Assembly: GCA_036172245.1 (NCBI GenBank) | Contig: JAYWIR010000017.1 | Span: 124,001-188,000 of the forward strand | Direction: 5' to 3' | Length of the DNA: 64,000 bases | From: Raillietiella orientalis | Lineage: Eukaryota | Shown: piece by piece, positions 1 through 13,450 of the stretch | Layout: each line of letters opens with the position of its first letter | Position numbering within the stretch: the stretch's first letter is position 1 | The notes under the pieces: model-generated | Told to the model about the DNA's origin: nothing | Seen by the model: only the letters and a program-made list of their open reading frames with translations | Databases searched by the model: none | Translations under genes and position numbers: made by a program

Positions 1-29
1 CAATGAACGACCAGGGAACGCCGAGGAAT

Positions 30-330
30 CCGAAGACTTGATGTACTGTCTCGGTGGAATGCTTCCAGAAAGAGCAGAGACATTCCTTAAATGCAGACGT
101 TCCATCTCTTGGGTGCCTAGTTCAAACAAATAACCATCTGATTTGCAAGTGGCACAGATCCAGCAGCGATGAGTGAGCAACGGAACAGACCTACGACGGA
201 TTCGAACTGTTCTTCACTTGTTCTTCCTCCTGTTGCGAAAATGTGACTCCGAACAGTCATGGGTCGGATCGATGGATGATTCTCCTCATTGCTTAAACAA
301 CAGAGACACTTCCTGTTTCTTCTAAAGTCT
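30..330 (+). pseudogene. EcKL/CHK-like kinase relic, C-lobe
   Basis: DLQVAQIQQR*VSNGTDL (from 140), then frameshifted FELFFTCSSS; compare consensus DFQ....SP..DL.YFL.TS. Confidence 0.4.
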
Positions 331-1831
331 CTTCGCTGCACCTTCCCTGTCCGATCCAAGCTGAGCCAAGCTCAGCTTTTTTGATGCATGTCTTAGACTG
401 CAGTTTCCTTCCTCAGAAATTACGACATCGGCCCACCTGCATACGAAGACATGCCGAGAAGGTTATTTCGGATACATCATCCTCAGTGTGGTGCAGCGAG
501 AATCAAGATGTTCGTAGAAGAAGTCCAAATTCGGTCCGGTTTCCAGAAGTTTCTTTTGCTTAAGCAAAAAATCTGCCAGAGTGTTACCCTCTAATGCCAC
601 ATGGAAAGTCTGCTGTCCACTGAGGCACTGTTGCGTTTATCCCAGGCAGATATTCATGTGACATTCCCTTGACACCGATCCTGTTCGGTCGTTTCTAAAT
701 GCAGGAGAAATGAATGGAGAGATCAGACACCGCAGATCCTAATTTGGAGAACCTAGGCAGGCGAGTACAAGGATGACCCTCTGAAACGTACGGGCCAGAG
801 AAGGGCAGCGAAACAAGCCTAGCAGTGGAAGACACGCTGCAGCTGTGCAAGCTCTCTCGAAAGTGCGTTTCCAAGGAGACTACTTTGGAATCAGCCTACG
901 CAACCTACTTGATTTGTGCTTCCTGACTCAAAATAAGAAAAAGAAATGCTGAAATGGAACGAAGGAGTTTCAGCCCTTGGCTCGTACGAACTGCACCTCT
1001 CAATCGGAAATTTAAACACAGCTTCCAAGAGGAAGAGATGTTCTCGAAAGATGGTCGGGAGGAAGTGGACAAATCTCTCCTCTCACCCAAGATAACTTCG
1101 TTCTGCTTCCAAATTTTTTCCACCTGCCTATATTGATTCTTACTTATTTTTTCGAATTTCCACCTGCCTTATGGAATTCACGCACGAAGAGCGTCAGATG
1201 CATAAAAAAAACGCTCGCGCGCGCATACACACATGCGAGATAGCAGAGGAAATACGTTCCAGAGCCGGAGGCAGGATTTGCGTATGCGGAAGAGGAATTC
1301 GAGTTCACGCTTTCAAAAATACCGCGTCCGTGGTGCTCGCCTGCCACTAACCGGGAAGGAGGGACGCTACCCCGTCCCTCTCCCAGAGCACACTCGGGTT
1401 CACCGCTTTCCTGTCTCCCCGAGACCGCGGCGGACCCTGGCGGTAGCAGCGGCTGCTTCCCTCGCGCGCGCTCCGCGGGCCTCGGACTCGCGAGCGCAGG
1501 AAGCCGGGTTGGCCGGCCGGCGGTCATTCGGCACGGGCAAAGCAGGGAGCGTACGATCGATCAGCGGAGTTAGATCGCAAGGAGGGACAGAGCAGAGCAG
1601 GGCACACCACCCTCGCTGCCTGCAGTCCACATCCGCATCTTCTCGGAAGCTCTTCCTCCCTTTCCTTTCCCGACTGGAAGCTCAGCCGCTTCGCCTTTCC
1701 CGCCTCGATGCGTCGGACGCTTCCCATCCATCCCTGCGTGAGCCAGGGATGCCGCTGCGGGTTTTCCTTGATGCACAGCCAAATCCCAACAGTTTCTTCT
1801 TAACGCTGCCTGAGGATGTCCCGCGCGGAAG

Positions 1832-2280
1832 GTGGTGACCCGCCAGGTGTGGGAGTGTGGGTGGTGGAGGCAGCGACAAGGTCGTCCCCATGGTCAGTTT
1901 TCGTGCCAGATGCTGGCTTTCCCCGTGCGCCCACTTTTCCGATCCTGCGATCCAGGATCAATGCTTTCCGGGAGAGGCACCTCCCCACACGTGTCGCTGG
2001 GGAGAGAGACGGCAGCGAATCCCCAAGTCGACATTAAACTGGGGCTGGCTTCATTTGGGGGATCCGTTCGTTTTGTTGATCTCTGGAGAGACGGGATCCG
2101 AGTGATTGTTATGGGTAATAAGGGTCTGGACCGAGCCTGCCGGGCGGCTTCCTCTCATCCTTCCCGGGGCTGGATCCTCGGCCACCTCTCATCCTAACGA
2201 TCCGCCCGCCGGGGCTGTGCGGCAACCACGCTCCGCAGGCGTCTCTGCCTACGCTCGGTCGGACGGCTAAGCGAAGTGGA
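1832..2280 (+). pseudogene. EcKL/CHK-like kinase relic, catalytic region
   Basis: One frame contains HGQFSCQMLAF (1889), VRFVDL (2066-2083) and MGNKGLD, in canonical order. Confidence 0.55.
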
Positions 2281-2329
2281 GCTAGGCGGAAGAGAAGAAC
2301 CCGGGACGGGAAGGCCGCCCCAGAGGCAA

Positions 2330-2870
2330 GGATATGGGAGGAGAGGGGAAATCCGAGACGCGACCGAAAACTGCCCGGAGCAGAGGGAGGAAACCATCTG
2401 TTCCCGGGTCGCTTCCGATTCCCGAAGGTGGTGGTGAGTGGGCGGGGAACCATCCGAACCATCCAGGAAGATCCGCCGTCGTCGTAAAGGTGCGCGCGAG
2501 TCCGGGGGCGGAGCGCGCCGCTGCTACAGCCTGTGTCCTCTGCTCTCTCAGGGTGGAGGCTGGAATACTGGAGGCTCTTTCCAGAGGTTGAACCTGAGGG
2601 TGCTCTGAGAGAGGGACAGGACAAGGTTTCCACCCACCCACCGATTCGCGGCGAGCGAGCACCACGGACGCGAAGCTCCCTCTTCCATCGCTCCTCCTCC
2701 TCGTCCGAAGCTCATCCCAACTGCTTCCCAGATGGCGCGCGCGCGCCGGCGCTTCCGTCCAACACGCGTCCTGTTCCGCTGAGGCCGCCGACCTCTCTCG
2801 CGAACGTTGGCAGGATGACCGCATTCGCTGTCCCGGGCACGGCCGCCTGGACAATCTTCCCGATCAGGGA
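2330..2870 (+). pseudogene. EcKL/CHK-like kinase relic, N-lobe
   Basis: SAVVVK, then EYWRLFPEVE, then LANVGRMTAF (beta3 Lys, alphaC/Y..LP, LARFHA-like helix). Confidence 0.35.
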
Positions 2871-3345
2871 CGCTTGGGACTCGGAAGACAGAAAGCAAGA
2901 AGGAGGAAGAAGAAAAAAGATTTTTTTTGGGGTCCACGGTCCCCTCGTATTAGCAATTAAGTAATTCCACTGTTCCACATGATTAGTCCCATCGGCCGCA
3001 ATCACACGAAAGGGTATTTATTATACGTCTCTTTTCTTCCCCTCCCCCTGCTTCTCCCGTCCAATTTGAAATCGTTTTACACTCGAGTGGAGCCGAATTG
3101 CCCCGTATAATGGACCTATTCCTTTCCGTATCCAACCGGGAAAAGGCAACCGTAAGCCGATTAAACGCGCGAGGCGCGATTCTTTTCACTGCTTCCTTCC
3201 TGGCGGAAATTTCCGCATCTTCGGGAGGGACAAAACACGGGACGACTAATCTGTTTCGAAAACAAAGATCGAAAACTCTATGATGAGTAGATCAGCAACC
3301 ATTATGCTTCCCGAATAAACTGACGTCACTGATGAACACGCATGT

Positions 3346-3370
3346 ACACACACACATACACACACACACA
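3346..3370. repeat. (CA)n microsatellite
   Basis: Directly visible CA repeat with one interruption. Confidence 0.9.
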
Positions 3371-3479
3371 AAAGGAGACAAAGGTCCCGATCTAAATCTC
3401 ACGCGTGCGGGCTATCCTGAGGTTTATTTATTTATTTTATTTATTTGCTTCCTCCTCCCCCCTTTCTCCCTTCCTAGTG

Positions 3480-3960
3480 CGTGTGGAGTTATTCACGACG
3501 AGGACGCTCAGGATACTTGCCTGGACCTCCGCCGATTTTCAAGGGACATACGCCTTAGGCGTCGGGCCACCGAAGGTGACCCCTTATGGCGAAAACAGAC
3601 CCACTTCCCGTTCTCTGCCGGTTGCCGTGGAAGCCGAACAGGCACTCGCTGGAGATGCAGTTCGGGGTCTTTCGTATTTCTTGGTCGCCCCTAGAGAGGC
3701 GAGAGGAGGTCCGAACTGGGGACCCTAAGATCCTGCCAGCAGAAGTGGTGCGGGCGGATTGCCTCGAGATAGCCGCCCGAGCACGAAAGGGGGAGCCACG
3801 AGGACGCGATAACTTGTCACGATGCACCCCCCCCCCCATCACCGCGGGGCGCTTCTACTCAGCGGAGGTCACGTGCACGTCGCGTCCACGAGGACGGTGC
3901 GATGCTAATCGCCTCCGATGGACTGCGGTTCGCCGAGCCCTCCGGTCACACAAGCAGACG
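3480..3960 (+). pseudogene. EcKL/CHK-like kinase relic, C-lobe
   Basis: VIHDED in one frame, then ADFQGTYALGVGP with an exact DFQ at 3534-3542. Confidence 0.45.
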
Positions 3961-5719
3961 CGTGTGTGGGGTTGCGTTCGGAGGTCCATGAAAGCTTCAT
4001 GGTGTCCCTCGAGTCCTGAGACCAATGGAAAACCAAAAACAGGAAAAAAAAAAAAAAACGGGTCACTCTCTTCCGCATTGCATGCGCTTCTGTCCTCTTC
4101 CACATCTGAAAGGCGTGTACGCGGCGGGGGAGCGAGGTTGCCTCTCGCGGGCACCCTCTCCCGGTGGCTGGACCTGCTCCGCGATACCACCCCGGGGTGA
4201 GTAGGAGCGCGAGCGTCGCCGGAGCGATCTCGTAGGATGGAAACGATTGAGTGCATGGGCGTGAGGACAATCGATGGGAAGGCAGAGGATCCCTAGGCGG
4301 ATGCGAGATCCAGTGCTCCCTTTCAGATTCTTTCGCACGGCACGAAGAGGTCGACGCTTTTTTAAACTTTCGGGATTCGGGATGCTCCTGGAAAGGAGGA
4401 GAGCCGCGGGAGGAAAGCGACCTGTCCCTTCCCTGGGCGGGAATACTGATGGCGGTGTCATCTGCAACATTTCTTCCTTTCGACACAGCAGCCCATCCGG
4501 AACTCGGAGGAAACTCCAAAAATCCCGATGGCTGAGAGCAATCCGACGCAGAGCGTCGGGCATTCCTGCGCTCCGAGGTCATCCCTCGAAGGCAGTCAAC
4601 TTGCCTCTTCGCGGACGTACAAGAGTTCGGAAAGTCCTCACTTGGCTGCGGGCACACGAGAGCGCGTCTCTTCCTTCCCCTCCGCCCCTTCCTTCAGCCG
4701 GATGCTAGGGCTGTCCCCGGAGCGTTTGAGGCGAACAAGGACCCGGGGTCAGCGGGTCAGTCCCGCGACGAGTTCGCCTCCGCCGATAACGTGGCGGAAG
4801 GCTTCATCCCCGGCTCATTCGAGGCTTACCCGTGTTGCTCTGTGGGGGATGAGCGGTGTGCCCTTTGTCCGGGAGAGCTTGTTCCCGAGGTGTGAACCGG
4901 CTCTGCCGCCTTGCCGCCGCTTCCGCAGCGAGTCACGTGACTCGCGGCGCGACCGCTCCCGCGTCGAAACCTCGCTTTCCAGCCAGCCGCTGTAGTTCAC
5001 ACAGTAGATTTGCATCTCTTTTTTTGTTTTTTTTTTTGTTTTTTTTTTTTTTTGTGTGTTCCCGTGGAATTAATCACGCGTCTTCCTCCGTTCGTAACTG
5101 TTGCGCCCCTCCTCCCGTGCACTCTGCTTACAGAGAGGGAGCGAGAGAAAAATAAAAACCACTCATTCAACTGTAATGAGTTTTTACTTGTCACTCGAAT
5201 CCCTGGAGCAATGCTTTCGGGATAAAGTACTTCCAAGTAATTCGAACTTATCAGAGATCCTGCTTTGTCGTGGAAGTAAAGTACGATTAATTTTCGCAAG
5301 AAACATGTACGAATTATACAGCGAGGCCGTACGTGATCACTTTTTCAGACCGGCTTCCTGGCTGAGCACCGAAGCTAATCTGCGAGTTCAGAATTGTGAT
5401 TTAAACCCGCATCCATTTTTGGGAACACTTTTCATGTTGACGCGTGGGTCCAGCTCTTGTTATTCTTGTGAGGTTTCGTCGTGAAAGATGTCGTTCCCAC
5501 ATGAGTGATTCGTGAAGTGTCCTTGCGGTGATTTCAGGTCATAACGACACTTTGTTTTTGTTTTTTTGTTTTTTTGTTTTTTAAAAAAAAATTCTTCTTA
5601 TGTATTGTCATGTGAGCAACAGGGGTTAGTCATCATTAAATAAAGAGAACGAACCATTTATTGAATAATCCGCGCAATACGAGGACTCCCCCTTCATTCA
5701 TCAATATGAATGATTTTCA

Positions 5720-6800
5720 TTTTTCGAGCGCGCCTATTTTGAGCGTGATCGAATACACTGGAATTTCGTACTGTAAATCTGGCTGTTCCGCCTCCTCTGG
5801 ATAGGGGAAACAGTACGAGGATATCCACAGAACTCTGATCCCACTTCATTTCGGGAAAGCAAGCACGGGTTGGAGGAACCGGAACGAGAAGATCGTGCAC
5901 GGTTTCCTGGCAGCGCTGCCTGAAGTCTTTTTCCTTTAGCACACTCGGTCCTGGTCCACAGCACTCAGCAAGAAGACTGATAAGCACTCTGAGACCATCT
6001 TCCGAGCGCGGAAACGATGCGTAGGTGGGCGTTCCGTAAGACCACCAGGAAAGGTGCGGGGAGCGCGACTGGGTCCACGAGGTCAATCCGTGGTGCTTCC
6101 GGCATTGTGCGACAGCGGACTTGCGAGTCGACGGAAGAACGAAGCCTTGTGAAGCGCTTCGTCCCCAAGGCTGCGAGCTTTTCACCATCTCGCGTGTGAG
6201 GGTGTTCTGATTGTATGTGCTTCACCATCAGCTCGCCGGAGATTGCACAGGCAGTGGTTCTAACTCCGCGCACATCACCTATGATATTGACAGATGAGCA
6301 ATAGGCACTTACGGAAAGTCAGGAGCGCCAAAGACCCAGAGCTGAATTTTCGATCTTCGGCTGCATTCAAGCCACTGCAACATCCCGGAACTGTTTGAAC
6401 CTTGAGCGAGCTTTACGCTTCTTCGAGTGGCCTCCAGAGCTCCAGGGTTCAGCAGAGTGACGAACAAGAGGAGATGCTGACGAGAGTATCAGAGCAGCCT
6501 AATAAATCACATCGTCCCCTACGAGTATCAGAACTGGAACCTACCTGAACTACGTCCGAATTCCACAGTCCGCATCCCAGAAATGCAGGATCTGCTGATT
6601 CGGAGGAAGAATTGGAAGAGAATGTGCATGTGTTTTTTGGCTCGAACCTCGGGACCACGACTTTTCGGGCAGGAGACAGCTCCCGGGAACTGACCGCACG
6701 GATGCACTCTGCACATGAATGTGCAGAAAGATGCGAAGAGGTTTCCCGGTTCTCAAGCGCCCCAGCGAGTCGTGCCCACCGGGCTGTCGACTCGCGCTGT
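5720..6800 (-). pseudogene. APH/EcKL-like kinase relic
   Basis: ELMVKHIQSE..LAALGTKRFTRL, then WDQSSVDILV..VFDH, in order. Confidence 0.3.
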
Positions 6801-6839
6801 TGACGTCGGACGGGAAGCCGAGTGCCACCGACTCCTCCA

Positions 6840-7560
6840 GCCCGGAGTGGTTTCTCCGGGACATTTATTGCTATCGATAAACATACAAAGGCTGTTGGTC
6901 TTACCGTACCCACTGATCTGCGAACCTGTTAAGAAACTGGTACGCAGACCGGCGAGGATCGCTTCGACAGCAGAGGGGAAGGGACAAACAAAAATAAAAA
7001 TGAAATAAAAAAAAAAAAAAACGGATAAAAGGAAACACGAAAAAAAAAAAGAGGAACTTTGGGAGGGTTTGGGAAGGGATCGCTGCCTGCTTTGTAGAGT
7101 CCTCTGCATCCATTCAAGGATGCGGACACTTTCGGACTGCATGTTTCCCAGGTGGAGCCATCTCGTTGCTATCCTCAGGAAACCGATTGCAAAGCGGATG
7201 GTGTCTCTATCTTCACATCTCTTTCAGCAGCACTCCAGGCACTCACAATCCCGCGTAGACAGCACAGAGCTGCTGGGGATGAGACAGGCTGTTGAGCATT
7301 GCGTACGAAGAGGCGTTCTAAAAGGTCTCTGGGATTGCCATCCGGAGTCCACAGGGTCGCGACAAAACGTTCCCACAGGGGTCGGAGGGCATCACAATCC
7401 ATAAGCAGGTGCAGGAGGGATTCCTGTTCGCTGCACCTGCTACAATTCAGGCACACAGATCCCCAGGTCCAGTGATGTCGACGGGCACTGCATGCGATTC
7501 CCCAATGCCCCAATGTAGAAGCTCCGACTCCTGCCACTTGAGCAGGAGTGGTTGTAGCGA
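6840..7560 (-). mobile_element. 5'-truncated 3' fragment of the same LINE family
   Basis: CSRCSEQESLLHLLMDCDALRPLWERF..LFVRNA..LRGIVSAWS, followed by a T-rich 3' UTR and AATAAATGTCCCGG like the other copies. Confidence 0.88.
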
Positions 7561-8749
7561 CGCACCCTAGCTGGTCGCTCCCTTCGGGCAGTAAGTCGAC
7601 CGAATTGTTGACTCCTGGACGAAATCGTGACGTGAAGCCGAACGCCGCTGGCTTGACGGTCTGGTGCGTCGCGAAACTCAAGGCGTGGAGGAGAGCAGGA
7701 CGCGACACGCTGTCTTCGTCATCGATCAGAAATGCAAATGGCCCTCTCAAGAAAAACGGCCTCTGGAAAATCTTCGAATTAGATTTTTCCTTTCTCTCTC
7801 AATCTCCTTTCCCTCCTCCCTTCCCCCTCCCCCCCGTTTTTTCCTCTTCCCCTTTTCGTCCCTGCTCAGTCCATGCGAGGAGCTAAGAGGGGACGAAAAA
7901 TCCCTCCTGCGCGAGTGCGCGCGCGGAGCAACTTATTACGAGGGAGGCGGCTCAGCGTTCTGCTCGCTTCGCCTCAAAATATCCGAGCGCCGAATCTCTG
8001 CTTTTCCGGGAAGAAAACGAGGAAGCAATGAATTAGAACCAAAGCGTGTAATCGTTCTTAGGACCTGCCTTTTTTTAGCTTGGGAAAAAATCTGACTTTC
8101 GTCTTCTTGCCACCGAGGAAGGTGGAGGAGGGAAGGGCAGGGGAGAGAGGAGTAGACCCAAACACCTTCTCCCTCATATTTCGAATCCTCTTTTCCTTTC
8201 GCAAGTGATAAATTTTTCAACTAAGTGATTAGCAACGCTCTAATGAGAACTTCATACGTCATCTAATCTCTCGAGAGATGTTTTTCCCGGAGTATGCATG
8301 GAGCAGCAGGAGGTTTTTCCTTTTTTTCTGAGGGTTGATTCATTATTTACGATTCGTTTAGTGGAGGGGATGGGCAAATCTGTGGAGAAAATAGTATTCC
8401 AGAATATTAGAATATTAAGTTAACTCTAAGCACTTTTCTGATTACTCCTCACCGATTCCAAGCACCATCCATCATATTTTCAAATAGCTTCTTCGTACAG
8501 GAATTCCTAGGAGGTTACTCAATCTTTGGAGCCAATACCAGGGGATGGGGCTGTGCTAATGGGTACTCATAAGGCAGCCGTTACTACGACGAGCGAACGA
8601 GTAATTCGAATGAATAAACAAAAAGTTTCAACGGCGCACTTGGGTGGGTCGTTAGCTCGGGCTGCTCGAAGCGAAAGCGTGGAGAGGCACCGGCGCAACC
8701 GAAACGGATCCGAACGTGGATGGGGTGGGGCGGGGGTGGGGAAAAAGAA

Positions 8750-9990
8750 GATGGAGGAGATAGAACGACGACCGTCAGGTCGATTGGATTCCTTCCTGAA
8801 CACACGGAGGACTCCTGTGTGTGCAGGAGATAGGGATACACCCACAAAGTAGAACGGGATTCCGAGGTCTCTTCGCGCTCCAGAGCAGGCGCTCATAAAA
8901 ATTCATGAACGACATCATCTCCGTGCACTTCTGCACAAGAAGGAACAACTCTTAAGAATCTGCAATAACTCTTAATGGCATTTAAGTTTTTCGCTAATCC
9001 GACGACTCCCCGAGATGAAAATGGGAAACGGACCGTTGAGTTCCTTGATGACGTGGCTTTCCAGAGTGCGTAATCCTCCCAAGGTTTCCCCGGAAGATAA
9101 AGAGGGAACCGCTGTCCTGATCCAAGGGCAGCCCTGCAGGGCACACCTCTGCAGACCAGTCTCGAGTTCTCGCGCGCACAAATGAAGGTGTCCTCCTCGA
9201 TCCGATCGGCCCGTCGCGGGTCGCGTAGGGTCATCCAGCTTGCTGCAGCCGCGGAACGCGCCGACACCTGCCCGTCGAGGGTAGACGACATCACGGGTGA
9301 GGAAGAGGTGCAGGCGGGCCTCTTGGGCAGGAATCTCCTCCGCCGCCCCTGTCCACGAGTTAGTAGGGAGAAGAACGGAGAACCCCCACTCCCTGCAACA
9401 GAGTTGCCCTCGCCAAGAGAAGGGAATGGCATCTGTCTACGGGCCAGGTGGGGAAACCCTGCGAAATCGCGTGCAGGAAGGAACCGCTTGGCGAATGGAC
9501 AACGGGCCGGGTCACCGAGGATGAGACCCCAAGTACCCTCACCTTCACAAGGACTGATCCACTGGGTCAGCTCTGATGTTGTTTCCGTGGTGTTCATGGA
9601 CATCGCACTCTCTGTCGCAAAGGCGGACATCTCCGGCTTAAGAGTGCCAGCATCTCGAAAGGTTCCCAGAACTTTGGGCGTGGCAACTGTTGTTTAGTCA
9701 TCGCCAACAAGAAACGTCCCGGAGCATCTCGGTGGCAAGTAGACTCGGCAATCTGGCAGACTGTACGTCGTGGTCGCGCCTCCGCAGAAGGCGCTCACGT
9801 TGGCGCCTCCCGGTCTCTGAGGAGGAATCTCAGTGACCGAAAGCTCAGCTGAAAACTCATCACTCCTGGCAGCCTCAAGGACTCCGTGAGGGAGCTGACG
9901 AAGGAGTGCTGCAGCTTTCTTGACATCTCGCAGTTTCCGAGCCGGATGCTGGTTCTGGTCTGGGGACTTTTCCCTGACCAGGATGCCAAT
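8750..9990 (-). pseudogene. EcKL/CHK-like kinase relic, one of the best preserved
   Basis: ORF 9630-8893 has GLILGDP (LEDL-like), ARSAAAASW (AKFHAAS-like) and VHGDDVVHEFL (HGD at 8925-8917). It continues past a stop as LLHTQESSVCSGRNPIDL (DFQ..GSP.DL-like). Confidence 0.62.
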
Positions 9991-10299
9991 GAGCAATCAC
10001 GAGTAGTCGGAAAATGTATGGAACCACAATAAGGTCTTATGATGTTGGAGCTCTCTCGAGCTACTTTGATTCCTCATTTGTTTCTTAGTCAGATTTTACC
10101 CCCACCAGTATGTCTTTTAATGAAGAAAATTTGCGATCTCGAGGACCAAGTGATGAAAGGAACGAGTTAGAAGCGAGGCATGGCTGGAAATGGCAGGAGA
10201 CGGAAGGGTCTAAGGAATTCCCAGAATAAGCATAGATCGTAAAATAGCAGAAAGAAAGGGAGGAAAAACAAAAGAGGCAGAGAGACCAGAAAGGCTGGG

Positions 10300-11000
10300 T
10301 CGTGAAAGGATTGGCGCTCCTTCGCCTCGCGCCAGCTCGACGAACTGCCCAGCCGAGGCTCGGTCGACCAAGTTCCTCAGATATGCTGGGTGGGTCTCTG
10401 GCGGCTGCAGCCCCAGAGCGCGTTTTTAACTTCTGTGTCAAAGGAGGAGAGAGGGAGGAGGAGGAGATAATTAGGGCTGGAGATTCGCCTCCCGGGCGCC
10501 CGGATGAAGCCTTCAGAATTCCCACCTCGTCGTTGAACCCACACTGCACGGATGGCGACTGATTCGTTCTCAGGGCGACCCGGGACTCGAACGTCAGAAA
10601 CGCTGCAGCGTGAGCCGTTGCCATAGCACAGATAGGACGCGGATGTGCAACGGGATGTGTGTCGTCCGACGGCTGCAGCTGGGAGCACCTCGGAGAGCGA
10701 GCCACGGTTCGGAGGTCGCAGGCCGGCGCTCCGACCAAAGAGCCGCTATGACAGGCCGTGGGAGGCGAAACGAAATGCGCGGACGGGAGAAGCTGCCACC
10801 AATTACGGGAAAGGCCGCATCGAGACAGTCGGGAGGCGCGTCGGCGCGACCCTTCCGCGACTCGCAAAGGGTGGGGTTGACTGAGGTGACTCTCGGAGTC
10901 TGTCCCGGACGCTCACCGGTGGCATCCTACTCTGCGGCGCGTCCCGAGCGCATCTTTGGAGTGGGGCACGGTCACACGGGTAGTACAAGCGCTTCGTAGA
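10300..11000 (+). pseudogene. EcKL/CHK-like kinase relic, C-lobe
   Basis: LHG at ~10544, then RLQLGAPRRASHGSEV (~10670-10717). Confidence 0.3.
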
Positions 11001-11899
11001 CGGTACAGCAACGAAAGTCGGAAGGTGCTTTCAGCAAAGCGTCCATCCTCCGCAGCATCTGGGAGTCTGGAGAATTTCGGGACCCTCTGCTACATCCTGG
11101 AGTTCTAGGGAACCGCTCTTCCCCTGCTCTGGTGCGCAGCATGCGTAGTCCTTCTGGACTTCCGAGAAGGAGCGCGCGCTGCTCTAGCGGGAAGGAATGG
11201 GGCAGACCCCGCGCTCCTCAGGAAGAAGGGTTGCGCGTCCCTTCCCCATCCGCTCCTGAGGGTCGCAAAGGCACGAAGGGCAGAAGCGGCTCAGGGAGGA
11301 AATTTCCGTCGTCACTCCACCATGGGGCGTTTCCGAGACTTAGGACCGTTCCCAGAGCATCTCCTCTTGGAACGGGGCGGCATGGGGAGGAGGAAGGGAG
11401 AGGTAGGAGGGGGACTCCGATCTTCGCGCCCTCGCGAAGGGAGCGGGCAAACCTGTTATAAGCAGGGAGTTACCGTGGGGTCTCTCACAAGCTGCAGAAC
11501 ACGACCAAGCCCTCCACTTCCAATCTGTGTTGGGCCTCGATCTCCGAAGGACCACAGCATCCCCCTTTTATCTCGAGAGCTCCTCACGGAGGAAGGGTTC
11601 CTCTCCCCCTCCCGTTCCCCCAGTCAGGTGCTTTCTATTTCCTCGGAGGCAACCCACGATTCGGGAGCTTTAGCATCTGAAGTTATGGGTCTTCTCCGGA
11701 TGTTTTCTGGAGAGGACAGCCTTCTTCCCTACTCAGGGACGGCGGAAAGAAGCAGTCCATCGACATCCTCCGAATGGAATACTGAAGAGACAGGGAGGTA
11801 TTTTTTGGAGTAGGTCTTCTCGGAGCTCCTTTTTTGCACGCCGGTGTGAAATGAGTCATGCCCTGGCTCCTTCTTCCACCCTGCTCCTGCCGAACAGCA

Positions 11900-13450
11900 G
11901 GAATGGCGGATCATCTTCTGCAGAGCGTCATAGGAGGCTGCGGCGCTCCTCTGGAGACGTTTCGCAGTCAGAAGCTGAGCGCCCTCCGGGACGCGAAGCA
12001 GCCACGTTGGTGCCCCTTCCCGAAATATGAGTGCAAGCAACTGGACTCCATTCGTGCCCCGGACCAAAGGCTGTGGTGCCGTGTTTGCCAGTCTGATTGA
12101 AGGCGCGAGGGCGGATCGAAGTAGAAGAGTCGATCGGGGAGGGGCGGATGCTGCTCGCTCCAAACGATGCCCGAGACCTTTCCCTCTCCATGGCAACAAC
12201 AGCGGTCGTTCTCAAGCTGCCGCATCTCTGTGCCCTCGACCTTTCCCTTGCCAATGGCTCTACGGAAGTGCCGCAGGTCCGCTTGCCTTCCTCTTCCCCT
12301 TGGAGAGAACACCTCCAGCGCTTCCGGATTCCTCCTCGCCTCCAGGCCAAGTCAGCTAGTGCGTGAAGAAAAAGGAAGTCGGAGTGAATTCACGCCAAAC
12401 GGACTCCACCTCGCTCTTCCTGCTTGTTCTGGGAAGGTGCTGGCGGGTCCGCATGCTTTCATCTTCCCGTCGCGCACAACAGCAGCACGTTCTCCGCCCT
12501 GCAGGCTCCGCCGGGATGCCTGTCGCTCCTGATGCCGTTCTTCCCTTCCTTAGCGCTCCGAGAGTTCCAAGGGAGCAGCCCTGCTCCTTGCTCAGAGCCA
12601 TTCCAGGTCCCCTTTGACCCACCTACCCTTGAAGAGGAGAGTCGAGCAAGGGACTCCACAAAGGGCATGTCTTCCTGGAGGTCCGCGGAGGCGTCTGCTG
12701 CAGCGTCCTCGCCACGGGCGTGGTCAGACGGTGGTAGAGAGGGTGGTGCAGGTTTGCGCTTGCCCCGCTGAGGAGTCTGCAGTGGTGGGACGGTCCGCAG
12801 CCATCTTCGCGTGCATGGGCGGCCCTCGCCAGCGGGGAAGCCCCGAGTGCTTACCCGCCCGCCTTCATCTCAGCACCGCCGGCGCGCCTGCAGGAAACGG
12901 CGCGGCAAAAACCGCCTCAAGTGTGCCGGGATAGGGGTGGCTGTCCCCTATCCGCCTCGGGTAGGGGAAAAGATCGAAGCACTGCTTCCTCATTCTACCC
13001 AGTCGGCGGCGCGAGCGTCGGCAGGAGCTCAGAGCAGCATGATCTGGACGCCAGGAGTGACCGCCCCCCCCGGAGTAGACCTCAGATCCCAGAAGATGAG
13101 GAGGATGGAGCCGTTTTGATTTGAGGAGTGGAGGATGTCGTCCTCGGATGTTCCCTACTCTTCCGTTTGATAATCGCCGAGTCGTCGGTCCATGGGGTGA
13201 GCCTTTGCAGCTCCCGCCGTTCGTCGTCGGCTCGTGGGACCTTCGCGAGTGTGGATTTGGTTCCAAGGAGGTCCAGAGATGGGAATAGTGGCACAACGGA
13301 ACCCTCGCATCGCATCAGTCTTGAGATCAACAGGCGCGCGGTTGCCACAGAGCGAGGAGGAATCCTTCCACTTGAAGCGTCCTCTCACTTCTCTCAATGC
13401 AGTCTGGAGATTCATGCACCCCCCGGGTTCGGCGGGACTCCCGGAGGACC
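11900..13450 (-). pseudogene. APH/EcKL-like kinase relic
   Basis: RLLISRLMRCEG..LLGTKSTLAKV (~13340-13240), later SDFLFLHALADLAW (~12385-12345). Confidence 0.3.

Noticed and set aside
3325..3345. CTGATGA/CTGACGA hammerhead core candidates here and at ~6478, 17094, 19543, 63802
   Set aside because: No flanking stems with a correctly placed GAAA found by eye (not checked exhaustively).
10575..10630. B-box-like GTTCGAGTCC on the minus strand
   Set aside because: No convincing A box or cloverleaf, no second copy, and it lies inside a probable kinase relic.
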